Assembly: GCA_002633005.1 (NCBI GenBank) | Contig: NMRA01000090.1 | Span: 727,674 to 791,673, forward strand | Direction: 5' to 3' | From: Phoronis australis | Taxonomy: Eukaryota > Animalia > Phoronida | Length of the DNA: 64,000 nt | Shown: positions 1 through 13,639 of the stretch, piece by piece | How the letters are laid out: each line of letters starts with the position of its first letter | Position numbering within the stretch: position 1 is the stretch's first letter | The notes under the pieces: model-generated | What the model saw: the letters and a program-made list of their open reading frames with translations, nothing else | What the model was told of the DNA's origin: nothing | The model's database searches: none | Made by a program: the position numbers and the translations under genes

Positions 1-547
1 TGACCGCCAGAGGGAGGGATGGGTGATTGACGAACTACAGTATGCTGTAGTCGTGGTCAGCGATGAGTTTTATAATACATTCTTGACCTAAAGCCGCCCA
101 GAATATGGATAGAGTATTTCCATGCGTAGCTAAACAATAGGCGTGCATTTGGTTGGCCTAATAAGCTTTCTAAAATACGTTACGTGTGCGCATATGTTTG
201 TTTTATTGACTGATAGGATTGGAGTTGAAATTTGTTTTGGTCTATGTTAGCTCAGTCTGTGAGTGGAACAGTCAGTCTGTCCGTGTGTATGTATAGGAGG
301 AGAGCCAGAGATTCGTTTTAGTTGGAAGCGTGTTTTGACAAGATCGGCTAGCATCAGCATTTGTTTTCGACAATAAAGGACACTATTCCTCAGATTTTGC
401 ACAAGAATTCGTTTCGACCTTGCATTTTAGGTTTTAGAATCCAGTAGTGCTTAAAACCCCCACATCTATGTGAAAAACAGCAAAAAACAATAGCACCAGT
501 CGATCATCTGCCAAGTTGAAACATTCGCAAAAACTATCCGACGATAT

Positions 548-1972
548 AGCCCATAAGCACATTCCACATTTTCAATGCCGCGCCCTCTGGTGCCATGGTT
601 CACCGGAGTAACATTTTTGCATTGTCCCAGATGTTAATGATAGCTTGTAAACGTAGTGATGGCAGGTGCCGGCGGATTTTACTTGCAGCGTGCTTGGATG
701 TTTTAATGACAACAAGAAACAGCGGCATATGAAGTAATACGAGCTCCCGAAAAATCCAGAGGCTAGAAAGTTATGAGTTAAAAACATTGGCAGAGCTGGT
801 AATAAGGGCAAGTTTAGTGATATCGCGATGCGTATAAATTTGGGTCTTTAAGTTGTGTATCCTCATATCAGAAGTGTGCCATAGGCAATGCCGTTAAGGA
901 TTGGTCAGGTTTATTATTGGGGGTGTATGCAAAAACTTGTGCTTACCGTCTCCTGCCTTGGTCTTTTGGTGATCTAGTTCACAGAAGACGACTACGACGT
1001 TAAGGATGCCATATCTTATTAAAACCATGAATATTTTAATTTGTAGCAAGTAACACCTTGCAACTTCTTGGAGAACTATGTGTACAAGTATAATCAAGAA
1101 AAGAAGTAATTTTTAAATAAATCATGGTTTTAAAGACAACATCACTACTGATACACTAAAGACATGTAATAATTCCAAATATTACCCAATCGTAATTTGA
1201 TAGTAAAGGAAACAATGAATAAAAACTGTGCCAAGTTTCATTAGGGTAACTAAAAAATATTACCATACTCAATTAAGTAAAAATAGTCTCGCAAAACGAG
1301 ACTTTCGCACGATTGTAATGGTAACTGGTTCTCGGATGGTTTCCGGCACAATGGATGACCTGGGGTTGTTTGTGAATTGGCACTAATTCATTTTCAAAAT
1401 TACAATTTAATGACACTATGCATCTTTAACATTTTTAAAAAGCGCGGATCTGAAGCAAAGCTGAGTACAAAATCATGTTTTTATCAAGCCATTACTGTCA
1501 GCAAGTTGGAGCAACATCTAGAAACGTGGTTTGGAAGACATTAAATTTGAGTTAAGTGATTTGTTCTTTAACGATTGTCCTTTTGACCGATTTTCTAATG
1601 AACAACCTCACCCAAAAACCCGAAAATACAGCAGCATATCTACAAAATTTATATGAAAGTACAAAATAGGCGGAAAGGGGTCGAAAAACTAAAGTACTAG
1701 TATATGCCTTGCAACAAGTTCAAGTTTCATGCCCTTTGGGCTTGCATTTCTACAGCGCAGCCAACGTTTGAGCTCTGCAACGGTGCACGCTTCAAAGGGC
1801 TTCTTTATGACAGTCTCTGGCACGTCTACTCCTGTCAAATTTGTTTTTCATCTTTGTTGACACAGTTCACGCACACCATGTACCCACATTTGGTTGCTCG
1901 GGTCAATCCCAGAACGCAACGCTTTAATTCAACTACTTTCCGATACCCGCACTACGTTTCTGCATATGGGCA
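548..1972 (+). mobile_element. Decayed ISL2EU/Harbinger-like DNA transposon with convergent THAP and SAP-domain ORF remnants
   Basis: Imperfect TIRs AGCCCATAAGCA (548) and TGCATATGGGCA (1961-1972), flanked by AT. Plus strand 659-800 reads MAGAGGF/TCSVLGCFNDNKKQRHMK*YELPKNPEARKL*VKNIGR (THAP; one frameshift, two stops). Minus strand 1840-1706 reads DVPETVIKKPFEACTVAELKRWLRCRNASPKGMKLELVAR (SAP-like). Confidence 0.65.
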
Positions 1973-3527
1973 ATTGGCTGATCTCGAGTTACGAATTTTT
2001 ATTGGTCGATAGATAAAACGTGGAATCGGGACAGTAAAACATAACATGAGTCATCATTCATTGTGTTAAGTGTAAAACTTGGTCATGTGTTGTCACTCGT
2101 TATTCCCGAGGTTTTTGGTATATTAAAAAACGGCTAGGAGTTGAGCACGTTGCGGCTCTTTTCACTTTCGTGCAGAACATCAGAGAAGCGTGGATCTGGT
2201 ACAGAAGTTCACGTGTTGGTACATGTAGGCATGATACACTGGAGCTGGGTGAATTAATACGTCACTTCCTATAAAGTTCTTTCTTCCATTTTCTTGTTTT
2301 GGAGATATTGAATTTACGATTGTGATATACAGTGCTACACAGGAAGGTCTAATAATGCCGACAATGTAGTCACTTGTCAAAACAAGGTGGTTTCAAGCAC
2401 TTTAAGTCAGATTGGTTCAAGCAATATCATTAATTACCTGTATGTCACACAGAGCTTGGTCGGCCAAAATGACGTGCAATATGGATGAGTACATGTAGAC
2501 ACGTATTACCACTAGAATATTTATTTTAATTACTTCAAGGATTGGACCCATTCACTCGGAAGTGGTCACGTGGCCATATACTGTTATCTGTGCGTGCGCA
2601 GATAGTAGCGTACCGCAGATGTATAATTAGGATATATATATTTAAAAGAAATAGAAAAAATGAAATGCGTTTCAATGCCCACTGATTCGACTCGTTCAAC
2701 CCTCAAAGTAGGAATGCATGGCTTCAGGAACCGAGCTAATCCGTGGGCACTGTATGGCTCAATTTGAGATGTAGCGATGACTTAAGGAACGGAATTAAAC
2801 CATGCACAACGTGTGATACTCTGTGATTGTTCGTCGCACTCCCTTCGAGTAAAAATATTCGGGCTTGGCTTTTGTGACACTTAATGCATGCAATGGCCAT
2901 ACTCTATGTTTACGTTAATGCAGATTTGCTTCCTTGACAAAAATTCTAAAACTTGTGTTTCCTGGTAGATTTTTGTAATGACACGTGCTTTCATAGTTGT
3001 TCGAGTATGATCTATCATGATGGTGAATACACGGAGTATCATTGTTGTTATAAACTTGACTATTTGTTTACCTCGTTTAATAAATTCAGCACCAGTGTTT
3101 CATTCCATTACGTGGCAATGACAGTGCTGCCCTGAATGTAAGTGTTCTCTCCGCTTAGACATGAAGATATAAGGGTTATTTTCTATAATACATGTTAAAT
3201 CAATGCACTGTCAAGCTATTTTAATGTAAGCAAGAATAAAATAAAACAGTTCATTTGTCATGCTTTGTTTGCTAAGTGCATTGGTTTACAATGCACCTGA
3301 ATTTTGTCAACAGGAATTATAGAGCCAGGTTAGGTCTCGCAAATTGTACTCACCACGTAAATTCTTCACTTATGAAAAGGAAATACTGAATTCAACCCCG
3401 AAATTAACTTTCCCAGCTCACCAACCAATTACTTGTCATATTAGTTGCCGCCAAATGGCTAGCAAAAGCTACTCAGCTCGGCGAACGTATTCGCATGATT
3501 TTACGAGGTCTTGTGAGACCTCGTTTG

Positions 3528-3692
3528 TCCCACTAGGCCACACTGCTAAAGCTTTGAGTCAGGTTTCCAGCTCCTCAGCTCGGTTTTATCCATACATTAA
3601 TAAAGCATAAAAATGGTTCCAGGTGATCAGTGCAATGGGCCCACATGCGAGGCCTGCGCACGTCTGGTACAACGTGTATCAGGCCGCCTGCA
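3528..3692 (+). mobile_element. 5'-truncated copy of the tRNA-derived SINE at 47856
   Basis: Aligns by eye to 47918-48082 (ttgagtcaggttt.agctcctcag...gggcccacatgcg.ggcctgcgcacgtc.ggtacaacgtgtatcag); tRNA head is missing. Confidence 0.8.
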
Positions 3693-6600
3693 ATTATGTT
3701 TTATATATTGCTTTTCCCGCGAGAAACTTGCTCTATGGAAAGCTTCCATGAGTTGCATAAAAGTGGACAAAGTACAATCATGGATAATTTCGATCATTGC
3801 AAGAAACGAAAGATTTTAAATGGTCACGTGCGGTAAAGTGAAATCACTGAAGTTCTTCAAATGCAGTAAACGGTAAGTGAGGACTAGACACTAGAGGGGG
3901 TACTGCAAAATTACGTCTGCGAGCGTGAGCAGACTCGTGAATTGCAACAACACTTATTCTACAAAGCAAACACAAATCAATCAGCAACAGCAAACCCAAA
4001 ATCGACAGGGCTGGAGATATTTCATAGCTAATAATGGAAGAATGAGACTCAAATAGCGATATAAATCACTGCACATATTTATAGTACATGAATCTCTCGT
4101 TTCACGTTCATTACTCTTTGTTTTCTTGTGTTGCTAAAACATTTGTATGACTGTTTGGACAGTCCAATACATCTAAAAAACGAGGCTTTACAGGAGCAAG
4201 TCTGATTAACGAATAAAACCTTATGTAAAAGTGTACATGTATGACTCGCAGGTACGCTCAAAGAAAGGATATTATATTATTTTAAAAACTAGATGAGTAA
4301 TGGTTTCTTTCTAAACTCATACATTAGCTTCAACCGCTCAATTGAACAAGAAAGTACATGTGTACAAGTACATGTATGTTTCTTCCAATTTTAAAAGCGT
4401 CCATCACGTAACGCCAGTGCAATTCGTCTTCAAATTCAGCTGGGTTCGCTTTTTTCACGAATCCATTATTTAAAAGTACTTTATATTCCAAGAACGCAGT
4501 TGTTGTAATTTTAAACAATTAGAAAATAAGTACATTACCTTAATTGAACTGTGCACATCTAAAAAACAAAATTGCAGACAATGTCTACGTAATTACATTA
4601 GTCGAGAGAGGACGTGAAACAGCGTAGACTTACTAACCTTTGATGAACAAGCCACAATTCAATGCCAGTGCTCACATGACACTCCAATTGTATGTAACGA
4701 TCAGTACGGTGTAACAATGTTAAACACGATTTTGACTCTCACCGCAAACTTAATTGTATAATTCACTATGGACAGGTCCAAACGGATTGGGTCGACATCT
4801 TGAGGATGGCCATGCAACAGGGCAGAGAGTGCTGGAGCTGCAAGGGGTAATGGAAATTAATTACACTAATGTAAATTCCCTTTATATAATTACAATTAAA
4901 GTTTCATCACGTAAAAATCTCTTTCTTTCCAATTTCCTGATTTTTCCGTTATTAACTGGATGCAACCTGTCGCCGAACACACATAGGCGCAAAAACTGCC
5001 ACTAGAAGGCGCCACAGTAATCCAAGTCGTTTGAAAATCGTCGTTTTTACAGTAGAAACATTAACGCCAATTTTTCAAAATCATCCTTGGAGCACAGGCG
5101 TCTTCAGCTTTTGATCGTCCCCAATACACAATATATAATACTACAAGCTATGACACTCTCGACAAGGATGTCCATGGGTGCTTCACTTCAGCCGTCCATA
5201 TCAAACGCAAAACTCAATAAATTTACACAAAACGGGGTTTCAACAAACCATTAGCAATTGTTCTAGTGGGAAAATGACAAGTCTCTGAAGCGCGCTCTAT
5301 TGGACACATTTTTGTACGGTGTTACTAACACTCGACAGGCCCTGAAAGTAAAATCTGGAACAAAACTGTTAATTATATGACACTTATGTCTCAGTTTTCA
5401 ATTGCTGAATACTATATCGTCTGCAACTCAGGCGCCGATTCCTCGGAAACTACAATATCAAATATTGAGGTTTTTTAACTATTTCCAAGAGATGTTACAA
5501 GTTCACTGCACAGTTGCCGTTGTTTTCATCTTTGTTTCCTCTTTTTAAGAAATAAACCTTTACTTTTAAAACTGTTTTTTTACAAGAGAAAACTTGCAAC
5601 ATAACGCGCAAGTACATACATATAGGATGTGATCCGCCATGTGAACATTCTGGGTCAAGTATTTAAAAATCTGCCGAAAAATGTAAGAAATTTCGGTCTC
5701 GGTCGATACGCAGAATGATGTCGAGTGGGATATTACTTCATGTACGCCACTCTCGGTACGTTTTGTGTATATAAATTATGTTATTGATGGCAGGCTTTCA
5801 CGACCCTGAATCTTCTGGAACTGACACAAAGCATCCCGCCTGTGAAAAGTTATTGTCATAACTTCGACAAAACATTTTCGGTATTTTGAATCCAATGGTG
5901 GGATACATTGTAAGCTACTATAAACAACGGTTACAATTTTAACACAATACAAAAAGCATGTTAATTTTTTTCTCATGGTGTAAACTGTGTTACATATCAA
6001 GACAGGGACCATAGTTTTCAACAGGTCAGCATGTTTAAGTTCCAAATACATGTATTGAGTTGGGAAGAATTAAACACAAAGATATAATACTGAAAACCAA
6101 AGGTTATCAAAAATTATGATTTTTACTTAGCTCCTCTATTGGTGGACAAGAAAAAACAAGTTTTAAGCATTATGTTAGGAACACAGTCATGCAGTGTCAT
6201 GAGTTTTTCGTTGTGAAACACATTCATCCATTTTGGAGTCCGCTTTTGGCACATTAACAGTGTGTTGGTCGTATTTAGTGAAAGAAACCAGACACCCGTG
6301 AACTCAGTCTTGTGTGATTCACACGGAAATTCAATTTATGTGTGAAGTCGTTCCAGGGCAGACATGGTGAGAACTTTGCCAGAGAGGAAGAGGCAGGTAA
6401 TATAGTGGGATGTCTGTAAAGCAGTGGATGCCGAACTTTAATGACGAAAACATTAGGCAGTACATTTTGACCCATATATTTCACGGAACACTGTAATTTA
6501 ACATTGAATATGATAACTAACAGATTGTGATGAATGTTAGAATCGTGAAAAAAAGTCTCCGGCACTACAGTGGGGTGTGAGTAAACTTGTGAAAGTCCAG

Positions 6601-6879
6601 TTAAGGTGCTTATAGAGAAGCCGTATACGACCACTTCCTGGGCTTAAGACAGGGTTGGTTTCTCACCGGAACATGAAATATGCATTGTCGTGGTGCTCTC
6701 CAAGCCGGAAAAGGGAAATACCTCTTGGCCAAATTTATGTGTGATTTATGGAATTGCGGGTGAGCATGCCAAAGCTACTGTGTGAAGTTAGCTGAGTTTG
6801 CCCACTTTACTCCTGGAAATTGTCTGACTAATAAATATATTGTCAAAACAAAGCCTTCGACGCGTTTCGCATTGCATGT

Positions 6880-7970
6880 GGTGCGCTACATAGTAAACTT
6901 CTGGTATTGCATTCCAAACTATTTGGAGGACAGGCTGCTCTTACAGAAGATGAAGCGCTATTTGTACAACACGTAGGAACAATGCTAGAAATAGAAAATT
7001 CCCATCGACTACCTCGACCTGCGTCAAATGACGAAGGCATAGGCCTGCGTTGAAAAAAACAGGACAGAAGAAGAAAGCGCCCTTCAAGAAATATATGCCT
7101 GGAAAAGATTGAGTGTACGGATATGCAAAGCACCACAACACAACAAATGTGGAGTAATATCAACTGCGCGAGAGAAAAGGTTAGTCCTGCTATAACCAAC
7201 GCATACTTTAGCACCTTGGAAGAAACACTGAATTGTGTCCCAGAAAAATACAGTGAATCCAACATTTACAATGAACCGGGACGGAAACACTCAATTTCCT
7301 GAAGAGCGTGTCATGAAAGTTAGATTCCACTTATATTTTCAGCATCACCTGCGAAACCATGTCTTCTCCTTGTAGAACTAAAATGACGAGCGTCTGTGCT
7401 AAAATATATTAAAATATCCCCACGTATCGAGCGATGCGCTCGTTCTCAAGGGTGTGCTACAGACGCTCGTCATTTTTTACTAGTTTTACTATTTTACATT
7501 TTTATTTGTCGGTAACAACTGCACGGCGTTGCAACATCTATTTGATTTCTACTCCGTGTGATGAGCTCTTAGACAGGAGTCGAAGGCATGCCCGATCACA
7601 CCGTACACCGTTTGAGGATCGGTTTCAGGCCGTCATCATCACATAAGCTATCACAAAACCCTCGAAAGATAGCTGTAATCAAAGGTTTTGTCTTCACACA
7701 TTCATGGTAATGGACATTGGAAAATGTTCCAAGTTGTGTGCCTTCCAGCGAACGGCACACGCCGCACACAGTCACTAGATGTTGGCGATTACAGCTCTGT
7801 GAATAAAGTGTGGTGTAAGTCTATTCAGACAATGGAAGGCATGGGGAACACGTGCGAAGTACTCTTTGCTACCAAAGAACCAGTTTCTTTTGAATTTAAG
7901 AAATTGTTGAGCCTCGTGGAAGACCGACTTCAGGACAATAGTCGCTACAGCTTCAGGACATGCGGATGAG
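6880..7970 (+). pseudogene. pogo/Tigger-like (DDE_1, CENP-B-type HTH) transposase remnant, interrupted at ~7295-7640
   Basis: Fragments GGQAALTEDE, PFKKYMPGKD*VYGY, VSPAITNAYFSTLEETLNCVP..NIYN and LSSH..CLPANGTRRTQSLDV..W..FRTCG match pogo motifs (PGxDW, LPPNxTHxxQPLDV). Many stops and frameshifts. Confidence 0.7.
7375..7600. repeat. Penelope-type terminal-repeat fragments in inverted arrangement with a hammerhead-like motif
   Basis: Reverse complement of 7380-7465 matches the repeat at 14235-14340, 41205-41480 and 43137-43230 (CTTGAnAAnGAGCG..CGCTCGAAACGTGGGGA, then AT-rich tail). Confidence 0.6.
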
Positions 7971-8324
7971 AAGTTTTCAAATCACCCAGTACTGTTGTTA
8001 AGTTGTACTATTTGGCCCGTATTTAGTGGGCAGCCATTGTTATTGCTGAGAAAGGTAGAGTTCAGTTTTAGGGGTGTTGTTTTGAAATGGTCAGTCTTAG
8101 TTGTATTGTACAAGTGTGTCACTTTTATTCAAGTTCGAGGTGGCTGTTACTCCAGAACCTAGTTTTCGTGATAATTTGAACCCCACACAGCTGTGAAACA
8201 GGCCGCGTTGGTTTATGCCCTGTTAGTCTGTGAATTCAAGAGAAACAGTGGGATAGGCAGCCCGTGTTACAGTGCCTCCGAAACAAGGTTGGGTGTCCCA
8301 ACAAGCTTGGACAAGCTTGCTCAG

Positions 8325-9063
8325 CATAATTTTTCCAGACAACATGAAAATTGCCAAGGTTAATCCTGTATTTAAAAAGGGGAACCGTTGTTTGTAGATA
8401 ACTAGAGACCTATCTCTGTTCTTACTTGCTTTTCTAAGGTTTTTGAAAAACTTATTTATAATCAACTTTACGATTATTTTCAATCTAATGGCTTGCTACA
8501 TCCTGCCCAGTACGGTTTTCATGGGGGGCACTAGACAGAACTGGCTTTAGTTGAAATTATAGATAGAATTGTCAAGGCTATGGAAAATAATAAATTACCC
8601 CTGGTCATTCTAATTGATCTTTCCAAAGCTTTTGACTCTTTAAGTCATTCAATTTTACTCGACATCTTCTACAAACTCCTCGTTGCACTAAATCATTTGC
8701 TGAAGATTCAGTTCGCAATGCTCTATCTCATATCATTAATAACCTTCCTGAAAGTGTCATAAATTATTTAAGGAACGTTTGTTTTGAAAGTTATGAGCTT
8801 GAGTGCACTATTCCCAACTGTTTTGTATGTAACAACTTCCGATAATCTCTCCTAGTCTTTTTATAAGTAGTTTTAAATTTTATTATCACCTAATGTTGTA
8901 ATTCTGATTATCTGTAACATTGTATTTTTTATTTTCTGGTGGCTCCGTAGTCAGCGGACCCTTTGGGTCCTTCACGGAGTCTCCATAAGCGTAAATTTGT
9001 ATTAATTGTATTTTTTATCTTAACATGAATAAAGTGTATTACTACTAATAATAATTATAATAA
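8325..9063 (+). mobile_element. Internally deleted CR1/L2-group LINE (RT N-terminal part joined to the 3' end)
   Basis: IFPDNMKIAKVNPVFKKG..RPIS..FSKVFEKLIYNQL..QYGF..TELAL..IDLSKAFDSLSHSILL jumps at ~8660 to the C-terminal ..ECTIPNCFVCNN. 3' stem-loop (ctccgt..ggaccc ttt gggtcc..acggag), then AATAAA and a (TAA)-like tail. Confidence 0.85.
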
Positions 9064-10650
9064 ACCAGGTAATATGGGAGGTAAATATGAGGGGAAATGA
9101 GTAACATCGAATGATGACGTTCCCTCGCAAGGAATATGAACTAGAGAACGGAATGCTTGAAGCCAATGAGATTTGTGATAAGAGTTAGGCTGGAAAGCGA
9201 GTCAGCCAATGGCAGACAAGTATTGAGGCGTGTGGGATCTGCATAATAATGAAATAACATGTAGCCCGTATAGTAGCGTGATAGCAAGCAAATATGACCT
9301 ACATCAATACATTTTGGTTTAAATTCAATATACGTCGTTCATGCGTGATCTGAGGCTAGTACGTTATACTATACATGTAAATACGTTTTTGTTTGCTGTT
9401 TTCTGTTTTGTTTTGTAATTGCCTACTAAATGGAAATTCTCTTGTAAATTTAAACTTTACCATTCCATATTTATCATTTGATGGTTATGTAATGCAATGT
9501 CCTTACCAGGATATAATAAATAGCTTTCCGGGTAAACTGTTTTTCACTTTGTAATTGCTTTGTTCAAAAAAGATTTAATTAATTTTAAAAATGCAAGTTC
9601 GCAGTGGAATTGGGTCAAACGCAAAGTTGATCGGTGCCATTTAATAATGACAATAGATAAGAATTAGATACCAATTTGTAAAATACGAAGAAAAGTACTG
9701 CGAATATGGCAGGTGAACATCCATGTAAAGTAAGAAGTGAGCTTTGGCGCCTCCGTTCACTTACCGAGATAACGGGAGATCTATGAACTCATAAGCCTGT
9801 CTAGAAGGAAAAGATAATAAAAAGAATCAAGGAATTCTATGGAACACCTTTGACTGCACAGTAACAAATCACACTATGACAGCAAATGAACTTCAGTTGG
9901 CGTAATAAGAATGCAGTGAAGGCCATTGGTGACGGGGCCCTAAGAAATGGTGGGTAGCCTTTGTGGAAACTTTATATTGAACTGGTGGGTGAAGTCCTGG
10001 AGGGAGATGGAGGGTCGAGTGGGGAGCAAATTTATCTTAGACTTAACTAGACATCCAGCAAAAACCGCAGCCCGAGTAGCCACCACCCGCCATCCCCCAA
10101 AATCACGATAGTGTGGCCAACGAGGAGTAAGGCTAACCTGGAAAACAAGCAGGTGGCGCCACCACCGTCACGCAGAAAGGAGCAGCGGACGACCGAAGAG
10201 CAGAGCCACAGTAAGTTCGAACAACGTAGAGTAGTATTTTTTCCAGCTTCGTCACGGACATACAGTCTCTGTGTCTTGGTATTTTTAGAATTTCAGATTT
10301 CCTTTAGCTGTAAGGTGAGTGTATTATATTACTTGAAGAAATTACTTTGCGAGTATTTGTTTGCTTGCTTCTTTCAGTTTTTGGTCGCACAATTCAGGCT
10401 AAATTTCTTCTCTGATCGTCATAAAATTTACACACCAGAGGTCGAAGACACTTGTGCATTGGTCGAAAACTTAACTCTTTGAAGTTATGTTTGAGTCTGA
10501 ACTCAAAACGTCGAGTTTAGATTTGAATTTTTGAGTTTTTACTCGCATTTATCTCTCATCACCCACTTGAGCTAGAAACGTATCGGCGTAAACCATAATT
10601 ATTGTATTCAAGCAAGGAATAATATACACTTATCTTGAGTTTGCATTAAA

Positions 10651-10679
10651 CAATGAGCTATACCTGGTATAGCTCATTG
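10651..10679. mobile_element. 29-bp TIR-only palindromic insertion with 7-bp target-site duplication
   Basis: CAATGAGCTATACC-T-GGTATAGCTCATTG is a perfect palindrome, flanked on both sides by CATTAAA. Confidence 0.6.
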
Positions 10680-13189
10680 CATTAAAGTAGAACGGGAATT
10701 TTCAAAATAATGTTGAATTCAGTTTCAATTACAAAGATTAGAACCCGAACCAACAAAACTCAAGGGTGCCATACTTTACGCTGATGTGTTCTTCAAGTTT
10801 AGTGCTGGTAGATAATTACATAGTTTACTGGCGGCGAAGAAAATGTTCTTCTACCAAATTTGATCTTGGTGAGTGCGACGCACAAGGCAGTTAACCTAGA
10901 CCTGGCTTTCATGGCCTGAATATCGCAAACACATGTGATTTATTTTGTGCATTTGTTGAATATATTTGATAATAGCTGAATTTTGAAATGGCCGCGCCAT
11001 ATTGAAATTCAGTATCCCGAAAGACGGCTATCATTTTTTGGTAGACAGGCGTTCGGTGACACCTACAGATTCCATGTACCTTAATGCAGACCGGAGATTT
11101 CAATCTACTGCTTTGAACACCGGCCTCCCGTTTAGTAACGGTAGGACCTCGCTAAAAAGCAAGACTTCGCGAGATTACGTGAGATATTGCCGTGCATTTT
11201 AAATGAGAACACGTGACTTTGACCAGGTTTTAGTTAGGTCCTAGCGTAGGTCCTAGCGTCTACTGAACGCACGCCAGTGCTGCGGTAGCATAATGCCTTC
11301 GAATTTTCACTGCTGTGCGGTGAAGTGTGAAAAATGCCTTACGAAAAAGGGTGACCTTTTGAAATACCAATGAATGAAGAAGGAACTCATTTTCCATACA
11401 TTTCCTATAGCGAACAAGAATCCGAGACGAAGCCAATGGCAGCGGCTTATAAAACGGGAGAATTTAGATCACAGCCCGGGTGTTAAACAGTGGAATTCAT
11501 TTCTCTACATTTCTAGCAACGGACCACTATGTAGTAATTGAATTTCTGTCTACCAAATCTGACTCAGGATCAAGCGTTAGTCACTTTTACGCTCCCATTA
11601 CTATAGAAAGCGCCAATATGGAAAGTCTCCCATTGAAACTGTTTTGTTTCCCTGTTTTGTTACACTGATACTCCTCGCTTTAGTCTGCTGTTTTTGAGCT
11701 TCTGAGAACAGGTAGAACAAACAGCAACGTAGCGATCCGTTGTTGGAAGTAAAATGAATGTGTATGAAATGTTTGAAAGATTAGTCTTCGGGTGAAGTTT
11801 GTTTGGATTTCTGATGGACTAATCTGTATTTTCTCTGTCCATTTAGTAGCCGATATGTAGCATGTACATTTTTATGGGATTTGTTTTTGTAGTACCTCGA
11901 ATGTTTGCCCTAACTCAATTTGGGGGTCATATTGGGGGTTTTTGGAATGCCTTTTCCGGAGTAAAATTTTCTTGTTAGGGGTCATTTAATGTTCAGTGTG
12001 TCACGGTAATTCAATTTCAAACAGTTTTGGCCGGTTCCTCTAGTAACTAGTCTAACTCACATTTTCAACGTCAATCTGATGCTCTTTGGGGGGTCCTACC
12101 AAAAGTGTATTTTGTATGACATAGGCCATGTACTGATTCCCATGGAATTATTTGGTGTACCTCGAACGCTTGATCTAGCTCAATTTTTGTAGACCCCCTT
12201 TTTGAATTTCTGGTGGGCCGGCTTCTAGAATGCGTTTTTTTTGTCACAGGACATTCGGTGCTAAACGTGGTGCGACTCTGAATTTTGAATTACCCAATAT
12301 CGTACTGTTTGATTTTTTCTCACCTTTAACAGGCAATCACAAATAAATAAATACCTAAATTGCAGTTGCATTTTATTACTCAATCTCTTCTTTTATTTTT
12401 AATTATATCATGCTGTGTTGTATGTAACAATGCAATGTAATGAAATAAAGTCAATGTTTTACTTTATTGGTGGCCATTCTCTGTCAATTCAAGTATTTTT
12501 ATTTTCTTCAAATAAATCCAAAATGCCTTAACCAAAAATTTCAACATAAATGTTGAGCTCAGTACTTTGTTTTGTAATAAAAAGCAAGTGGACAATATTT
12601 TGATGACCAAGGCGTGGGCCGAAACTGTTAAGCACACAGCGTGTTGCATTTGTCTGCTGCGTTTTTCCTTTGGCCTAACAAGTGTCGGTTAGTGGCTGGG
12701 ACAAATAGATACATTGCATAAACAATCTCAGTGTTGTTTTTTGTTCCGTCTGAAGAAAATTTAATTTCGAAAATATCTTCTGAAAATGAACGAAAAAGTG
12801 CATTAGTAAAATCTATAAGTTTTTAAGTGGTTTCAAAAAACTGTCGGTAAATGGACCGATTTTCGTCTCAGTTCCTCGATGCGTGATATTCCCGAGAGGT
12901 TAGTACCTAAGGTGCAGACGACCACTCTAGATTGGAACGCTAAGTCCCGCGCGGCTGCGCTGCACGCGAAAGAAAATGGCGAACGACCATTGGAGCCTGA
13001 CGACGATAGGTATCCGGATTTTACATGAAAAGGACACAAAATGTTGCTTCGATCGATTTTATCCAGACACTTCTCCCGGCGGAAGTAAAAGCACTGCGCG
13101 ATTCACCGCCGTAACTAAGTCCTCCCAAGAATATAAATATTTTTTTGTTCATTATTTATTAGCTACGTCAGTTATTGACAATTGTCATT

Positions 13190-13485
13190 AACATGTCAGT
13201 CTGCAATTCGCAAAAAAAAACTATCACAGTTCATTGCACTCCTAATGTTGTTTATCCATTTTTCACGAAGTTCTTGGTTTGCAGGGAACACATAAAAACT
13301 CAGATTTTTATCTGTCTTTTTGTTTTTGAAGCAGCCAGGAACACAAGTGTATCCGCCGTAAGTTTTCTTCGCGATCATTCCGCGTATTATGCTCGTTACT
13401 ATGGTCGCTTTCGGAATCCTGACCACAGCACCCACAATGCACCATTTTAACCTAATTTCAATATGGCGTCGCTGCAAATCCGCTA
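13190..13485 (-). mobile_element. THAP-domain end of an ISL2EU/Harbinger-like DNA transposon (fragment)
   Basis: Minus-strand MIAKKTYGGYTCVPGCFKNKKTDKNLSFYVFPANQELREKWINNIRS is a THAP N-terminal motif (C.VPGC..F..FP..R..W). Probable terminus AT|AGCGGATTTGCAGCGACGCCATATTG near 13485. Confidence 0.7.
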
Positions 13486-13639
13486 TAGGGCGGTCCCCAT
13501 TGGGGAATATTTCAACCTCCCAGGCCCTACTACCAGTGACGTCAGTGTACTGGTAGTCAAAGGCGGGCTGTCGTACATTTACGCACGCAGAAAATGAGAG
13601 GCCGAATTCATCGCAAAATTTAACACTCACGCCAGAGGC

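Noticed and set aside
7555-7595. GTGATGA-GCTC..GAGTC-GAAG hammerhead-like motif
   Set aside because: Two core mismatches and weak stem I; at most a dead relic.
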